From: Bacteroidales bacterium
GTDB lineage: Bacteria; Bacteroidota; Bacteroidia; Bacteroidales; SZUA-534
Length of the DNA stretch: 64,000 bases
NCBI GenBank assembly: GCA_045640185.1
Contig: JAZUEN010000045.1
Span: forward strand, 1,088-65,087
Direction: 5' to 3'
Shown: piece after piece, positions 49,994 through 60,013 of the stretch
Position numbering within the stretch: position 1 is the first letter of the stretch
Layout of the letters: every line of letters starts with the position of its first letter
Notes under the pieces: generated by a model
Told to the model about the DNA's origin: nothing
The model's database searches: none
Seen by the model: only the letters and a program-made list of their open reading frames with translations
Position numbers and translations under genes: made by a program

Positions 49994-51208
49994 TTAATTT
50001 ACATCTTCCATCATTTCACTGAAATCAACATCAGGATACTTATCCTTAAGAGACTCTATGATTTTTCTGATTTTCTTTGAATGATATTTAGTGGCAAAGT
50101 TTTTGTCATGCTTTATTTCATCATACCTCCATTCGTTCAAATCTTCGAAACTTAGTGAAATTGGTCTAAACATTGTAATATCGCCAAAAGAACCGAAGCA
50201 ATTCACAACATCATTTTTTGCCACATAACGACTTTTCTTGCCATCAAGTGCAGTATGTGTGAAATAACACTCATTGTAAAAATGAGACAAATGATATTTG
50301 CCATTTTGCTTGGAAAATTGCAACCTCGTAACGGATGAATCTACGGAATGATATTCCACACTTTTCGAAAAACGACCAATATCAATAGTAACATCTTTCT
50401 GCACCAACAAGCCTTCATCAACGACACCGTACTCAATATACACAATCGCAAAATCCTTCTTGTCAATTTTCACAATTCCACTATACGGATGTTTTGAATC
50501 GACCACGTTTGGTCGAAAACAGATACAATAGCACACGCTATCACCAACATCTTTTGAATATGTGTAACAATCTGTATTTTCAATAAAATCCAAATTGCCA
50601 ATATATAACTGACTAATAAGATTGACAGGGAACGCATCGCTTTTGTACGAAACTGTGTAATCCACCGTTTTTCGGTTATTCCAAAAGGCATCATAATCGA
50701 ACAATCTGTACTCACTTGGCTGTTTCTTAACATAACCTTTTATTGAACCAATGACATTGCCTTCAAAAACTGAAAGTATAGCACTGTCAGATTCAATAAG
50801 ATGATGTACCGACAGCAAGTACCTTTTCAAAGCCAAAGGGTAATTTATTGATAAAATTTCTCTTGCGCGCTTAATCAACTGTGCTGGATTATCGTAATGC
50901 ACCATTACTTCATCTAAAGTTACGCAATACGGCGCAAGAGTTACTAATGTGTCAAGTTTTGATACAGCACATATGAATGCATCATAACCAACATAAGAAA
51001 TCACAACAGTATCATCTGCAAGCAACACACTGTCAAACTCAAAGTATCCATCTTCGTCTGTAATTGTGCCTACATTATTTTTCACAAAAAAGACATTTGC
51101 AAAAGGCAATGGCACGCTATCATTTTTTGAGACACACCTTCCCTCAAAATGTTGAGCATTCAGTCCGTAACTGATGCTTAACAATACTACAATTATAAAA
51201 AATCGCAT
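49994..51208 (-). CDS. Carboxypeptidase-like regulatory domain-containing secreted protein
   Basis: Signal peptide from ATG 51208; PLPFANV...GTITDEDGYF...ISYVGY...LDEV. The longer ORF start runs into the repeat. Confidence 0.8.
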   Translation of the reverse strand: MRFFIIVVLLSISYGLNAQHFEGRCVSKNDSVPLPFANVFFVKNNVGTITDEDGYFEFDSVLLADDTVVISYVGYDAFICAVSKLDTLVTLAPYCVTLDEVMVHYDNPAQLIKRAREILSINYPLALKRYLLSVHHLIESDSAILSVFEGNVIGSIKGYVKKQPSEYRLFDYDAFWNNRKTVDYTVSYKSDAFPVNLISQLYIGNLDFIENTDCYTYSKDVGDSVCYCICFRPNVVDSKHPYSGIVKIDKKDFAIVYIEYGVVDEGLLVQKDVTIDIGRFSKSVEYHSVDSSVTRLQFSKQNGKYHLSHFYNECYFTHTALDGKKSRYVAKNDVVNCFGSFGDITMFRPISLSFEDLNEWRYDEIKHDKNFATKYHSKKIRKIIESLKDKYPDVDFSEMMEDVN

Positions 51209-51267
51209 TCTTTTTGTTTTGCCAAAATCAATGATGTTCCTTTCCCTTACTACTATCAAAAATACAA

Positions 51268-51359
51268 AAAAACGCCACTCCAAATATTTGAAGTGGCGCT
51301 GTGATATCGGAATAAATCCGTACGATTTACTTCTGAAGCACATCCGACCGCTACGAGTT
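51268..51359. repeat. Left direct repeat: copy of htpG 3' end plus terminator
   Basis: 51268-51340 matches 52972-53044 at 68/73 nt; gapped similarity continues for ~18 nt. Confidence 0.92.
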
Positions 51360-51423
51360 ATCTAAAGAACTGACATCATTGCAAAAAACATCATTAGTGA
51401 TTTTTGAAATGTGCAGTTGCAAC

Positions 51424-52782
51424 TCAAAAAATGCAGTTTTCTTCCGACGGTTCAGTTTGGTCGATACACATAACATAGTATATTGGCATATAGATAACCT
51501 TACCCACAGTACGCACTTCCCTATCGTTATCAAGGACAATGGCTGTAGGAATGTCATACTCATCATTTTCAAGAAAGCGGTCCAAAGCCCGATGCCGTGC
51601 ATAGTCCTTGCCCGATTTCACTTCAACAGGAAGGACTGTCGTATCTGACACATTGTTTATCAAATAGTCAACTTCGCCTTTTGTCGCATTATCGTAATAG
51701 AATAGTTCGTGTCCGTGAGCCTTCAGTTCCTGTGCCACTACACTCTCGTATACCGAACCCAAGTTTACGCTCAACTCATCTTTCATAACTGGTGCAATGT
51801 TGCTTCCGTACAATCGGCCTGTAAGCAAGCCCACGTCGTTCAAATATAGTTTCAGCAAGTTCTTGTGCACCGACTCCGAGAGTGGGTATTTGGGATTAGA
51901 TATGGCGTGCACATCGAGAGATATGCCTGAAGATATGAGATATTCAAACTCTTCAGCAAACCATTCGAACCTATCTCCTTTCTTGTCACGAATATCCTTT
52001 GCCACAATGCGTTTTTTCTTGTTTTCCATTTGAGACACTATCATATCGTAGATACGACGGACCAACAGTTTCTTGCTCGACTCGTTTTCATACTTTGTGG
52101 CATCCTCCTTATACAAGTTACGAATGGCATCCTGAACTTTCCGCACCTTTACGATGTTGTGAGTATCAATATATGTGTTGACTGCGTCAGGCAACCCACC
52201 GACCAACAGATATTTCTTGAACTCACTCAATAGATTATTGTGCTGTGCCTCCGTAAGCGAGACTTTACGTTTGTAGCAATCACGAACATGGTTGAGAGCG
52301 TCTTCCCCCCAACCCTCCGCAATCAACCATTCCTCAAAGTCCAACTGGTTCATTTGCATGCGAATTATGCTCCCGATAGGTATCGATGTCGTATTGTGTA
52401 ACGCGATGCCAAGCAGACTTCCACTGGCAATGTAAGTGAACTTTCCCTCTTCGCGGAAAAATTTCAGCATAGTCAAATATTGTGGATAGTGCTGTATTTC
52501 GTCAAGAAAAACAAGCGTATCAGACTTGTCGCCCAACTTTCCGCCTGCCACCATACTCAGGGCCATATAGAACTCGCTCAAATCATGTATGTCGCGAAAC
52601 AGGCCTTTCGTCTCATCATCTTTGACAAAATTCACCTCTACAAAGTTTTTGAAGAGTCGCTTGCCTACTTCCCGAATGATATACGACTTGCCAATCTGCC
52701 TTGCACCTTCAACCACTAATATCTTGTCGCTACTTGAACGCAGAAACAACTCAATATCAGCACTTATTTTTCTGTAAAGCAT
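51424..52782 (-). CDS. AAA+ ATPase (AAA_14-like) with DUF4143/PD-(D/E)XK C-terminal domain
   Basis: GARQIGKS, LVFLDEIQ, ASGSLLG, GGLPDAV, KLYLNDVGLL, EVDY...PVEVKSG. Confidence 0.9.
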   Translation of the reverse strand: MLYRKISADIELFLRSSSDKILVVEGARQIGKSYIIREVGKRLFKNFVEVNFVKDDETKGLFRDIHDLSEFYMALSMVAGGKLGDKSDTLVFLDEIQHYPQYLTMLKFFREEGKFTYIASGSLLGIALHNTTSIPIGSIIRMQMNQLDFEEWLIAEGWGEDALNHVRDCYKRKVSLTEAQHNNLLSEFKKYLLVGGLPDAVNTYIDTHNIVKVRKVQDAIRNLYKEDATKYENESSKKLLVRRIYDMIVSQMENKKKRIVAKDIRDKKGDRFEWFAEEFEYLISSGISLDVHAISNPKYPLSESVHKNLLKLYLNDVGLLTGRLYGSNIAPVMKDELSVNLGSVYESVVAQELKAHGHELFYYDNATKGEVDYLINNVSDTTVLPVEVKSGKDYARHRALDRFLENDEYDIPTAIVLDNDREVRTVGKVIYMPIYYVMCIDQTEPSEENCIF

Positions 52783-52785
52783 ATT

Positions 52786-52931
52786 AAAATTACACTTTTA
52801 TTAAAATTTTTCGCAAGCAAAATTACACTTTTTTAAGTTTTCAAACATCCCAAAATTACACTTTTTCGAATTTTTAATACTGCAAAAATTACACTTTTTG
52901 AAGTTTTCACATACTGAAAAATTACACTTTT
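52786..52931. repeat. Five perfect AAAATTACACTTTT 14-mers at exact 33-bp period
   Basis: Copies start at 52786, 52819, 52852, 52885 and 52918, with four different 19-bp spacers. Confidence 0.95.
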
Positions 52932-52971
52932 TGAAAATCACCCACATTCAACGTCCGATTTTGCATAAAAC

Positions 52972-53002
52972 AAAAACGCCACTCCAAGCATTTGGAGTGG
53001 CG
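52972..53002 (-). terminator. htpG terminator (part of right direct repeat 52972-53060)
   Basis: cgccactccaa / ttggagtggcg stem with a T tract on the minus strand. Confidence 0.85.
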
Positions 53003-53030
53003 CTGTGATATCGGAATAAATCCGAACGAT

Positions 53031-55085
53031 TTATTTCTGAAGCAATTCGACGCTACGGTTTACGAATACGTTCAAGTCTTCGCCCTTGAGCATATTGTTT
53101 GCAAGCAAAGCCAAATCGACCAACTGCTTTACAAGTGGCGTTGCCTTGCCGAACTCGCGCAACTTGGCGTCTTTTTGGTCGCGCAATGTGTTGATTTGCT
53201 TTTCGACGTCGGCAATCTGGTCCTTCAGCGACTGCGGGATCTCCTCTTCCTTCTTGTCCTTCTTTTGAGCCTCAAGGTCAGATTTCTGTTTGCTTAGCGG
53301 TTCAATCTGGGCATCAAACTCGGCCAACTGCGAGCCTACGCCTGCCTTTTCGGCATCGAGCACCTTCTGCACAAGCGGATGCGCCGTGTTTACGACAAGG
53401 TTGAAACTGTCGGGCATATCGCCGTAATAGTTCATTCCGCTCATTGCGGCAGTGTCCTTCATACGGCGCATAAACTCGTTTTGCGTTATCATCAAAGGCT
53501 TGCCCTCGGCGCCCAAGTCTTCAAACTCGACAATGAAGTAGCCTTTGTCTGGCGTAACTGAATTGAACACCTGGATAAGATTGTCGCGATCGGCCTGCTC
53601 CAACTTGCTTGCTGGCTCATCGTCCTTCTGAATCAGGCGGTTGATGACGTCGGCATCGACACGGGCGAAACGAGTCTTCTCAAGTTTCTGCTCGAGTTTG
53701 CCAATCATATGCATATCAAGTTGTCCGTCAAGCAGAAGCACATCGTAGCCCTTGGCCTTCGCGCTCTCGATGTACGAATATTGCGAATCCTTATCGGTTG
53801 CGTACAGATAAACCTTCGTATCGTTCTTGTCGGTTTGGTTTGTCTTGACCAAAGTTTCATATTCTTCGAGCGTAAAGTATTTATCTTCAATATTCTTAAA
53901 CAGATAGAACTTAACGGCGCGGTCGTAGAACTTCTCATCGGTGAGCATTCCGTACTCGATGAACAACTTGAGATTGTCCCACTTGCTCTCGAACTGTGCG
54001 CGGTCGGTCTTGAAGATCTCCTCCAAGCGGTCGGCGACCTTCTTTGTGATGTGGCTCGAAATCTTCTTGACATTTGAATCGGCCTGCAGATAACTGCGCG
54101 ACACGTTCAATGGGATGTCAGGCGAGTCGATTACGCCGTGCAAAAGTGTCAGGAATTCTGGCACAATGCCCTCAACACTGTCGGTGACAAACACCTGATT
54201 GCAGTACAGTTGAATCTTATTTTTCTGTATCTCGATGTTATTCTTGATTTTAGGGAAATACAGGATACCTGTAAGGTTGAACGGGTAATCGACGTTCAGG
54301 TGAATGTTGAACAACGGGTCTTCGAGCCCTGGATAGAGTTCGTGATAGAAGTTCATATAGTCTTCGTCCTTCAGGTCGGCAGGCTTGCGCGTCCACGCTG
54401 GTGTGGCATTGTTGATGATTTTGTCCTTATCGGTGTCAACCATCTTCTTGTCCTTGTCGCTCCACTCCTGCACCTTGCCGAATGCGATATCAACTGGCAG
54501 GAACTTGCAGTATTTGGTCAGCAACTGGTTGATACGGCTGTCTTCAAGGAACTCTTCGTTCTCGCTGTCGATATGCATAATGATATCGGTACCGAAATCG
54601 GATTTGGTGGTCTCTTCAAGAGTGAACTCTGGACTGCCGTCGCAACTCCATTTGATAGCCTTTGAGCCTTCCTTGTACGATTTTGTGATGATGTCGACAC
54701 GCTCCGAAACCATAAATGCGCTGTAGAATCCCAAGCCGAAATGGCCGATTATTGCGCCAATGTTGTCCTTGTACTTGTCAAGGAACTCGCCTGCGCTTGA
54801 GAATGCTATCTGATTGATATACTTGTCAACTTCTTCTTCAGTCATACCGATACCGTGGTCTGACACAACAATTGTCTTATTGCCCTTGTTGACCGATACG
54901 CGGACTGTCTTGTCGCCCAACTCGCCTTTGTAGTCGCCTTTGGCAGAAACGGCTATCATTTTTTGTGTTGCGTCGACTGCGTTTGCTACAATCTCACGCA
55001 AGAAAATCTCGTGGTCGGAATAAAGGAACTTTTTGATTACGGGGAAGATATTCTCGCTCGTAACACCTATTTTACCTGTTTGCAT
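53031..55085 (-). CDS. htpG: Hsp90 chaperone HtpG
   Basis: FLREIVANAVDA, DHGIGMT, IGHFGLGFYSAF, GVIDSPDIPLNVSRS. Confidence 0.96.
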   Translation of the reverse strand: MQTGKIGVTSENIFPVIKKFLYSDHEIFLREIVANAVDATQKMIAVSAKGDYKGELGDKTVRVSVNKGNKTIVVSDHGIGMTEEEVDKYINQIAFSSAGEFLDKYKDNIGAIIGHFGLGFYSAFMVSERVDIITKSYKEGSKAIKWSCDGSPEFTLEETTKSDFGTDIIMHIDSENEEFLEDSRINQLLTKYCKFLPVDIAFGKVQEWSDKDKKMVDTDKDKIINNATPAWTRKPADLKDEDYMNFYHELYPGLEDPLFNIHLNVDYPFNLTGILYFPKIKNNIEIQKNKIQLYCNQVFVTDSVEGIVPEFLTLLHGVIDSPDIPLNVSRSYLQADSNVKKISSHITKKVADRLEEIFKTDRAQFESKWDNLKLFIEYGMLTDEKFYDRAVKFYLFKNIEDKYFTLEEYETLVKTNQTDKNDTKVYLYATDKDSQYSYIESAKAKGYDVLLLDGQLDMHMIGKLEQKLEKTRFARVDADVINRLIQKDDEPASKLEQADRDNLIQVFNSVTPDKGYFIVEFEDLGAEGKPLMITQNEFMRRMKDTAAMSGMNYYGDMPDSFNLVVNTAHPLVQKVLDAEKAGVGSQLAEFDAQIEPLSKQKSDLEAQKKDKKEEEIPQSLKDQIADVEKQINTLRDQKDAKLREFGKATPLVKQLVDLALLANNMLKGEDLNVFVNRSVELLQK

Positions 55086-55291
55086 AGTATATAAAGTTTA
55101 GTTATTTTTTAAATGACAGCCAAACATACGCAAACAGCGTGCCACGGGCAACGAGCGGAAAGTTTGGCACAAATGTCACAGTCGGTGCTGACAAAAAGGC
55201 GGATTTTGACGGGAAATCACAAGTAAACAAAAAACCTTTTTATTGGTCAAAAACATTCAGCGCACAGCAACTTAAAACAACGAGTCTCCCA

Positions 55292-56164
55292 TCAACGGCG
55301 TTTACCCGCCTTCGGCCTCTGATATGTGACATTGGACTGGTAGAGCCACATTCCATCTTCGAACTTAAGCGCGTCATACGACATGTCAGGGCCCAAAAAC
55401 ATGGGATTGCCGGTACTCCGCTCGCCGAAATCGGTAAGGTGGTCGAACACAATCATATCCAGATTTGCGTCGTACTGCACCATCATAGTGACACGCTTGC
55501 TGAATTCGAATATTAAGCGTTTGGCCTTCTTGCGATCGTACTTGATCATCAGCTTGCCGAATTTAGGCTGTCCCTTTTCGGTAAACACCAATGGCTCGAC
55601 AATCTTCTTTGAGGTATATAGGCCGTTGCCGTCCCAGCCGAGCAATGTGTACACAATTCCATCGGGGCCTTTTTTCTCAACAATGCTGTAATACAAAGAG
55701 CCGTACCAATTTTGTGGCGACAATGTCTGGTTTTCCAAATTCGGCGTCTTTTCCAGCGCATCGCTGTTGTCAACCAGATTGTACAGGCGCAGTTTTTTTG
55801 CCGACCTGTCGTCGTACTGCAAAAAGCCGTAATAATGGTAGTCGCCAGCGTCACCGACAGTGAACCATGTGAGCAGGCGCAACCTGCCATCGCTGGATTT
55901 CACAATGCTGACATCGTTTTTTAGGCTGTCGAATGGATATTCAAACGAACCTTCATTTTTCAGCACGCCGCCTAGCATTTCATGCAGCAGATGAGCCAAG
56001 CTGTCCTGAATGGCGTCCTTGAATCGGCTTTCCGACAACTTTGCGGCAATTGCCGACATCTGCTGTTCGGCATTGACAAACGTGGTGTCGGTAACAGGCG
56101 ACGACATTGCCAATGGCGACCATAGCAATGACAGAAACAATATCAATCGGTGTGTGTTGCTCAT
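55292..56164 (-). CDS. Conserved hypothetical secreted protein
   Basis: Signal peptide after ATG 56164; WYGSLYY, YTLLGWDG, IVFDHL, GPDMSYDA. Confidence 0.75.
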   Translation of the reverse strand: MSNTHRLILFLSLLWSPLAMSSPVTDTTFVNAEQQMSAIAAKLSESRFKDAIQDSLAHLLHEMLGGVLKNEGSFEYPFDSLKNDVSIVKSSDGRLRLLTWFTVGDAGDYHYYGFLQYDDRSAKKLRLYNLVDNSDALEKTPNLENQTLSPQNWYGSLYYSIVEKKGPDGIVYTLLGWDGNGLYTSKKIVEPLVFTEKGQPKFGKLMIKYDRKKAKRLIFEFSKRVTMMVQYDANLDMIVFDHLTDFGERSTGNPMFLGPDMSYDALKFEDGMWLYQSNVTYQRPKAGKRR

Positions 56165-56264
56165 AACATTTGCAAAACGCAAATTTTCGAAAAAGATTGT
56201 TCTACGAAACAGGAAGAGCCCACAAATTGCAGGCTCACCCTATATATGATTCTGAAACGACGAC

Positions 56265-56978
56265 CTATTTTGATGAAATCGTGTTCAGGTCCTCCATAAG
56301 CGTATCGCGATACGACTTGCCAATTGGGACAAGTTTTGGACCTGTCTCGGTACGCATCACCACGTTGCATTCCTCGATATAGTCTATCCGGCTGACATTC
56401 ACTATATAGGAACGATGCACACGTTTAAATTTAGATAGAGGCAGCTTACTCTCTATCGCCTTCATTGTATAGTGGATTGTGAATTTTTCCTTGTACGTAT
56501 TGACTGTGACGTAGTTTTCGAGCGCCTCAACCCAAAGTATGTCCTCATACTTGATCCTGACCAAAGTGGAATTTTTCTTTTTGATGAAAATCTCATCAGG
56601 GAAGCTCGATGCGCTCTCCCTCTCCTGATACAGGGATAGCGCCTTGTTGACAGCCTTGAAGAAACGCTGCAGTGAAACAGGCTTCAGCAAATAGTCAACA
56701 ACATCATATTCGTAGGACTCGATGGCATATTTTTCCTGGCCCGAAACAATGATAATCATTGGCTTGACATCCAACGTATTGATGAAATCAAGGCCATTCA
56801 TTTCCGGCATTTCCATATCCAGGAACACCAAATCAATTGTATCTGGCAAGTCGAAAGCCTTAAAGGCTGCGACTGGGCTGTCATACGAACCCAATAAGTT
56901 CAGTGCGTCAGATTTTTCGGTCAAACCTTCCAAAACCTTACGACTCAGCAAATCGTCATCTATAATTATGCAATTCAT
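56265..56978 (-). CDS. LytTR family response regulator
   Basis: IIDDD, FLDMEMP, DYLLKP, RVHRSYIVN. Likely ATG at 56978. Confidence 0.93.
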   Translation of the reverse strand: MNCIIIDDDLLSRKVLEGLTEKSDALNLLGSYDSPVAAFKAFDLPDTIDLVFLDMEMPEMNGLDFINTLDVKPMIIIVSGQEKYAIESYEYDVVDYLLKPVSLQRFFKAVNKALSLYQERESASSFPDEIFIKKKNSTLVRIKYEDILWVEALENYVTVNTYKEKFTIHYTMKAIESKLPLSKFKRVHRSYIVNVSRIDYIEECNVVMRTETGPKLVPIGKSYRDTLMEDLNTISSK

Positions 56979-57349
56979 TACAGAAAGATTAAGGGGCATT
57001 CCTTAAATTCCCCGATTAAATAATTAAAAAATAACAAGTTGTTCCGCCACTCATTGTGTAAACTTTGTTTTTGTAGGCATCTTGCTGATTTTCACCCAAC
57101 AGCAGCATCCAAACCATTCTTGCGAAAAAAACATGGTCTGCCTAACAAGGCATACAAAATCACCACAAGCAATTTATAGAACTCCTTTTGATTTCACGAG
57201 AATTATTTTACAAATATAAATCAATTAAGTAAATGATAAATAGGTTACAGCACGAAAATCAACTTTCATCAACATTTTTATTTCATTTAACCACAAAACA
57301 CACACGTCTGCAATAGTTTTAATAAATTGCAAGACAATTTTGTCTTGCT

Positions 57350-60013
57350 ATGAAAAACATATTTATATCACTTTCAATCATTTTACTATCATTCACCTTG
57401 TTGAATGCACAAGACGGGAAATTCATTCCAGGAATGGTAATAGTGAAATATTCAAACGAGAAAGCAGCAAACAACAGGGAGTCCGATTTTGCATATTTAT
57501 GCAACACGAAGGCCAAACGGGCTGCAAGAATGTTCGCCACGCCAAAGCACGACAAGCCATCGGCAGATATTAGCCGAATATACAGAATTGAATACGAAGG
57601 CAACGCAAGCCCAGCCGTAGTGGCAAGAAAACTGGCGCAAAGCGAAGATGTGGAGTACGCGCAGCCCTACTGGATACCAGAATTGCTCGACGCCCCCAAC
57701 GACCCACGATTAGGTTCGCAATACTACATGCAGATTACCAAAGCCCTCGAAAGCTACCAACTTACAAAAGGCGACACTGACATTGTCATCGGAATAATCG
57801 ACACTGGCGTCGACATCTACCATGAAGATTTGGCCGACAACATAAAAATCAACTATGCCGACCCCATAAACGGAATTGACGACGACAACGACGGATACAT
57901 TGACAACTACCGCGGCTGGGACATAGCCTGCAACGACAACAACCCCATCAGTACGGTCAATCACCACGGCACCTACGTGGCTGGCGTTGCCGTAGCCTCA
58001 ACCAACAACGGCATAGGCATTGCCGGCATAGGCTACAACACTAAATTCATGCCCATAAAGGCGTCGGAAGACACTGAAGGCTTGCTTACGGCCTGCTACG
58101 AGGGCATTGTATATGCCGCCGACCACGGTTGCAAGATAATAAACTGCTCATGGGGGAACTCCCGCAAAAACCCGCTTTGCGACGACGTGATAAAATACGC
58201 ACAATCAAAAGGATGCCTTGTTGTTGCGGCCGCCGGAAACACTGGCACTGACGTAAGATACTATCCGGCATCATGCCAAGGTGTCATTTCTGTGGCAGGA
58301 ACCAATGCAAACGACGCCAAATGGGCAAAATCGACATACAACAACCGCGTTGACATATCGGCTCCTGGCGAAAACATATACACGACCAACTACGACAACA
58401 AATACCTGTCGGGAGGAAACGGGACATCGTATGCATCGCCAATTGTGGCCGCCGCCGCCGCACTTGTCTGGGCCCACCGCCCCGAACTGACTGCCACACA
58501 AGTTGCCGAACTACTGCGCGTGACTGCCGACAACATCGACACCATTCCCGGGAACGCCCCGTTCATCGGGAAAATCGGCTCTGGCAGGATAAACATACTG
58601 AAGGCGCTGACCGACAGCACTTCGCCTTCCGTCAGAATTACAGATTACGCGTTTTTGTCGAAATCCGACGAAATGATTTCCGGAAGCGAGATTACAATCG
58701 ACATTGACGTCTGCAACCACCTCTACCCGACATCGGACATAAAAGTAACCGTTGAATCGCCCGACAACAGCGCGACCATAGCCGACGCGGCATGGAAAAT
58801 TGACTCGCTCGGCACAAACGGCACCGCCAGCCACACCTTTACGGCAACACTTGCCGACACGCTATCGGCCGACAGGATTGTCCAGTTTCTATTCCGATTC
58901 GAGACGGGGAACTACTCGGCCAGGCAAACCATCGAACTGACCGTAAACCCATCTTTCAAGGACATAAAATGGGGCGACACGGAAACAACCATTGCCAACA
59001 ATGGGAAAATTGGCATTTACAATTATGACGCACAATACGGCAACGGATTCTTGTTCAAAAAACAATACAACCTGATAAGCGACGGTGCACTGATTGTCGC
59101 ACTCGACGAACAGACCATTGCCAGCGCCTTCCAAAACGACGACCAGTTTATATGCACCTGCGGGAACACTCTGACTGATGAAAACGGCGTAACGCACATC
59201 AAATCGACAATTGAGCCTATCAACATTGAAGGCATAAGCATACAGCAAGACTTCATTTTCGACAGCAAGAACCTGCCATCGGCAATGGTATGCGACTACA
59301 CCATTGTAAACAGCGGAGACTACGACTACAGCAACGCCGCCGTGGGACTATACTTCGACTGGGACGTGGTCAACAGCACTCAAAACGTAATTGACTACGA
59401 TGCAAGCCGGCAATTGGCCTACATCTACAATACCGGCACCGAAGGAATACACGGAGGCATCTGCCTGCTGACAAAAGGCAACGCCGTGCCATACGCCTTC
59501 GAACTGAGCGAGTACGGCGGAAGCATCGACATTACAAACGGCTTTACCGATGAGCAGAAATGGGAAACGATGAACAACGCCCGGCCAAAATCGACAAGCA
59601 GAAACATCGACCTGGCACTTATGCTAAGCCTCAACCGAATGAAACTGCACATTGGCGACACTGCCGAAATAAAATTTGCGATTCTGGCTGGCGAGAACAT
59701 CCACGAGATTGACGTCGCCGCCGACCTGGCCAAGGAACTATACTGCACTGAAGACGAGCCAGCATACCAAATAGAAGATACTGAAACTCGGTTGTCGGTT
59801 TTCCCGAATCCGGCAAAATCGACAATCACCGTCATGCAGTCAGCTACAATTTCAAGAATCAACATATACAATGCAAGCGGCACTCTGGAATTGACGCAAG
59901 GCGTTGACAGCCATCAGGCGACAATCAGCACTGAGCGCCTTGCCGAAGGCTGCCACATTGTGGAGATTGTCAGTAGCGATGGTCAAACATCACGTCGGTT
60001 GGTGATAAAGTAA
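57350..60013 (+). CDS. S8 subtilisin-like serine protease with T9SS C-terminal domain
   Basis: IIDTG, HGTYVAG, AAGN, GTSYASP; C-terminal VFPNPA...IYNASG...RRLVIK. Confidence 0.92.
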   Translation: MKNIFISLSIILLSFTLLNAQDGKFIPGMVIVKYSNEKAANNRESDFAYLCNTKAKRAARMFATPKHDKPSADISRIYRIEYEGNASPAVVARKLAQSEDVEYAQPYWIPELLDAPNDPRLGSQYYMQITKALESYQLTKGDTDIVIGIIDTGVDIYHEDLADNIKINYADPINGIDDDNDGYIDNYRGWDIACNDNNPISTVNHHGTYVAGVAVASTNNGIGIAGIGYNTKFMPIKASEDTEGLLTACYEGIVYAADHGCKIINCSWGNSRKNPLCDDVIKYAQSKGCLVVAAAGNTGTDVRYYPASCQGVISVAGTNANDAKWAKSTYNNRVDISAPGENIYTTNYDNKYLSGGNGTSYASPIVAAAAALVWAHRPELTATQVAELLRVTADNIDTIPGNAPFIGKIGSGRINILKALTDSTSPSVRITDYAFLSKSDEMISGSEITIDIDVCNHLYPTSDIKVTVESPDNSATIADAAWKIDSLGTNGTASHTFTATLADTLSADRIVQFLFRFETGNYSARQTIELTVNPSFKDIKWGDTETTIANNGKIGIYNYDAQYGNGFLFKKQYNLISDGALIVALDEQTIASAFQNDDQFICTCGNTLTDENGVTHIKSTIEPINIEGISIQQDFIFDSKNLPSAMVCDYTIVNSGDYDYSNAAVGLYFDWDVVNSTQNVIDYDASRQLAYIYNTGTEGIHGGICLLTKGNAVPYAFELSEYGGSIDITNGFTDEQKWETMNNARPKSTSRNIDLALMLSLNRMKLHIGDTAEIKFAILAGENIHEIDVAADLAKELYCTEDEPAYQIEDTETRLSVFPNPAKSTITVMQSATISRINIYNASGTLELTQGVDSHQATISTERLAEGCHIVEIVSSDGQTSRRLVIK

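Larger units (their letters stand above)
51268..53060. mobile_element. Putative integrated cassette at htpG 3' end (no integrase)
   Basis: A single gene plus a repeat array bracketed by a direct repeat of the htpG terminus. Confidence 0.55.

Noticed and set aside
51209-51343. 45-aa N-terminal extension of the 49994..51343 ORF, and similar ORF 52992..53297
   Set aside because: Both read through the duplicated htpG end/terminator. The signal peptide begins at ATG 51208.
52786-52931. CRISPR array interpretation of the repeat-spacer pattern
   Set aside because: Repeat (14 bp) and spacers (19 bp) are too short, the spacers resemble each other, and no cas gene is in the window.
59970-60013. 44-bp convergent overlap of the S8 protease and TrmH-family genes
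   Set aside because: Short tail-to-tail overlaps are common, and no further signal was seen.
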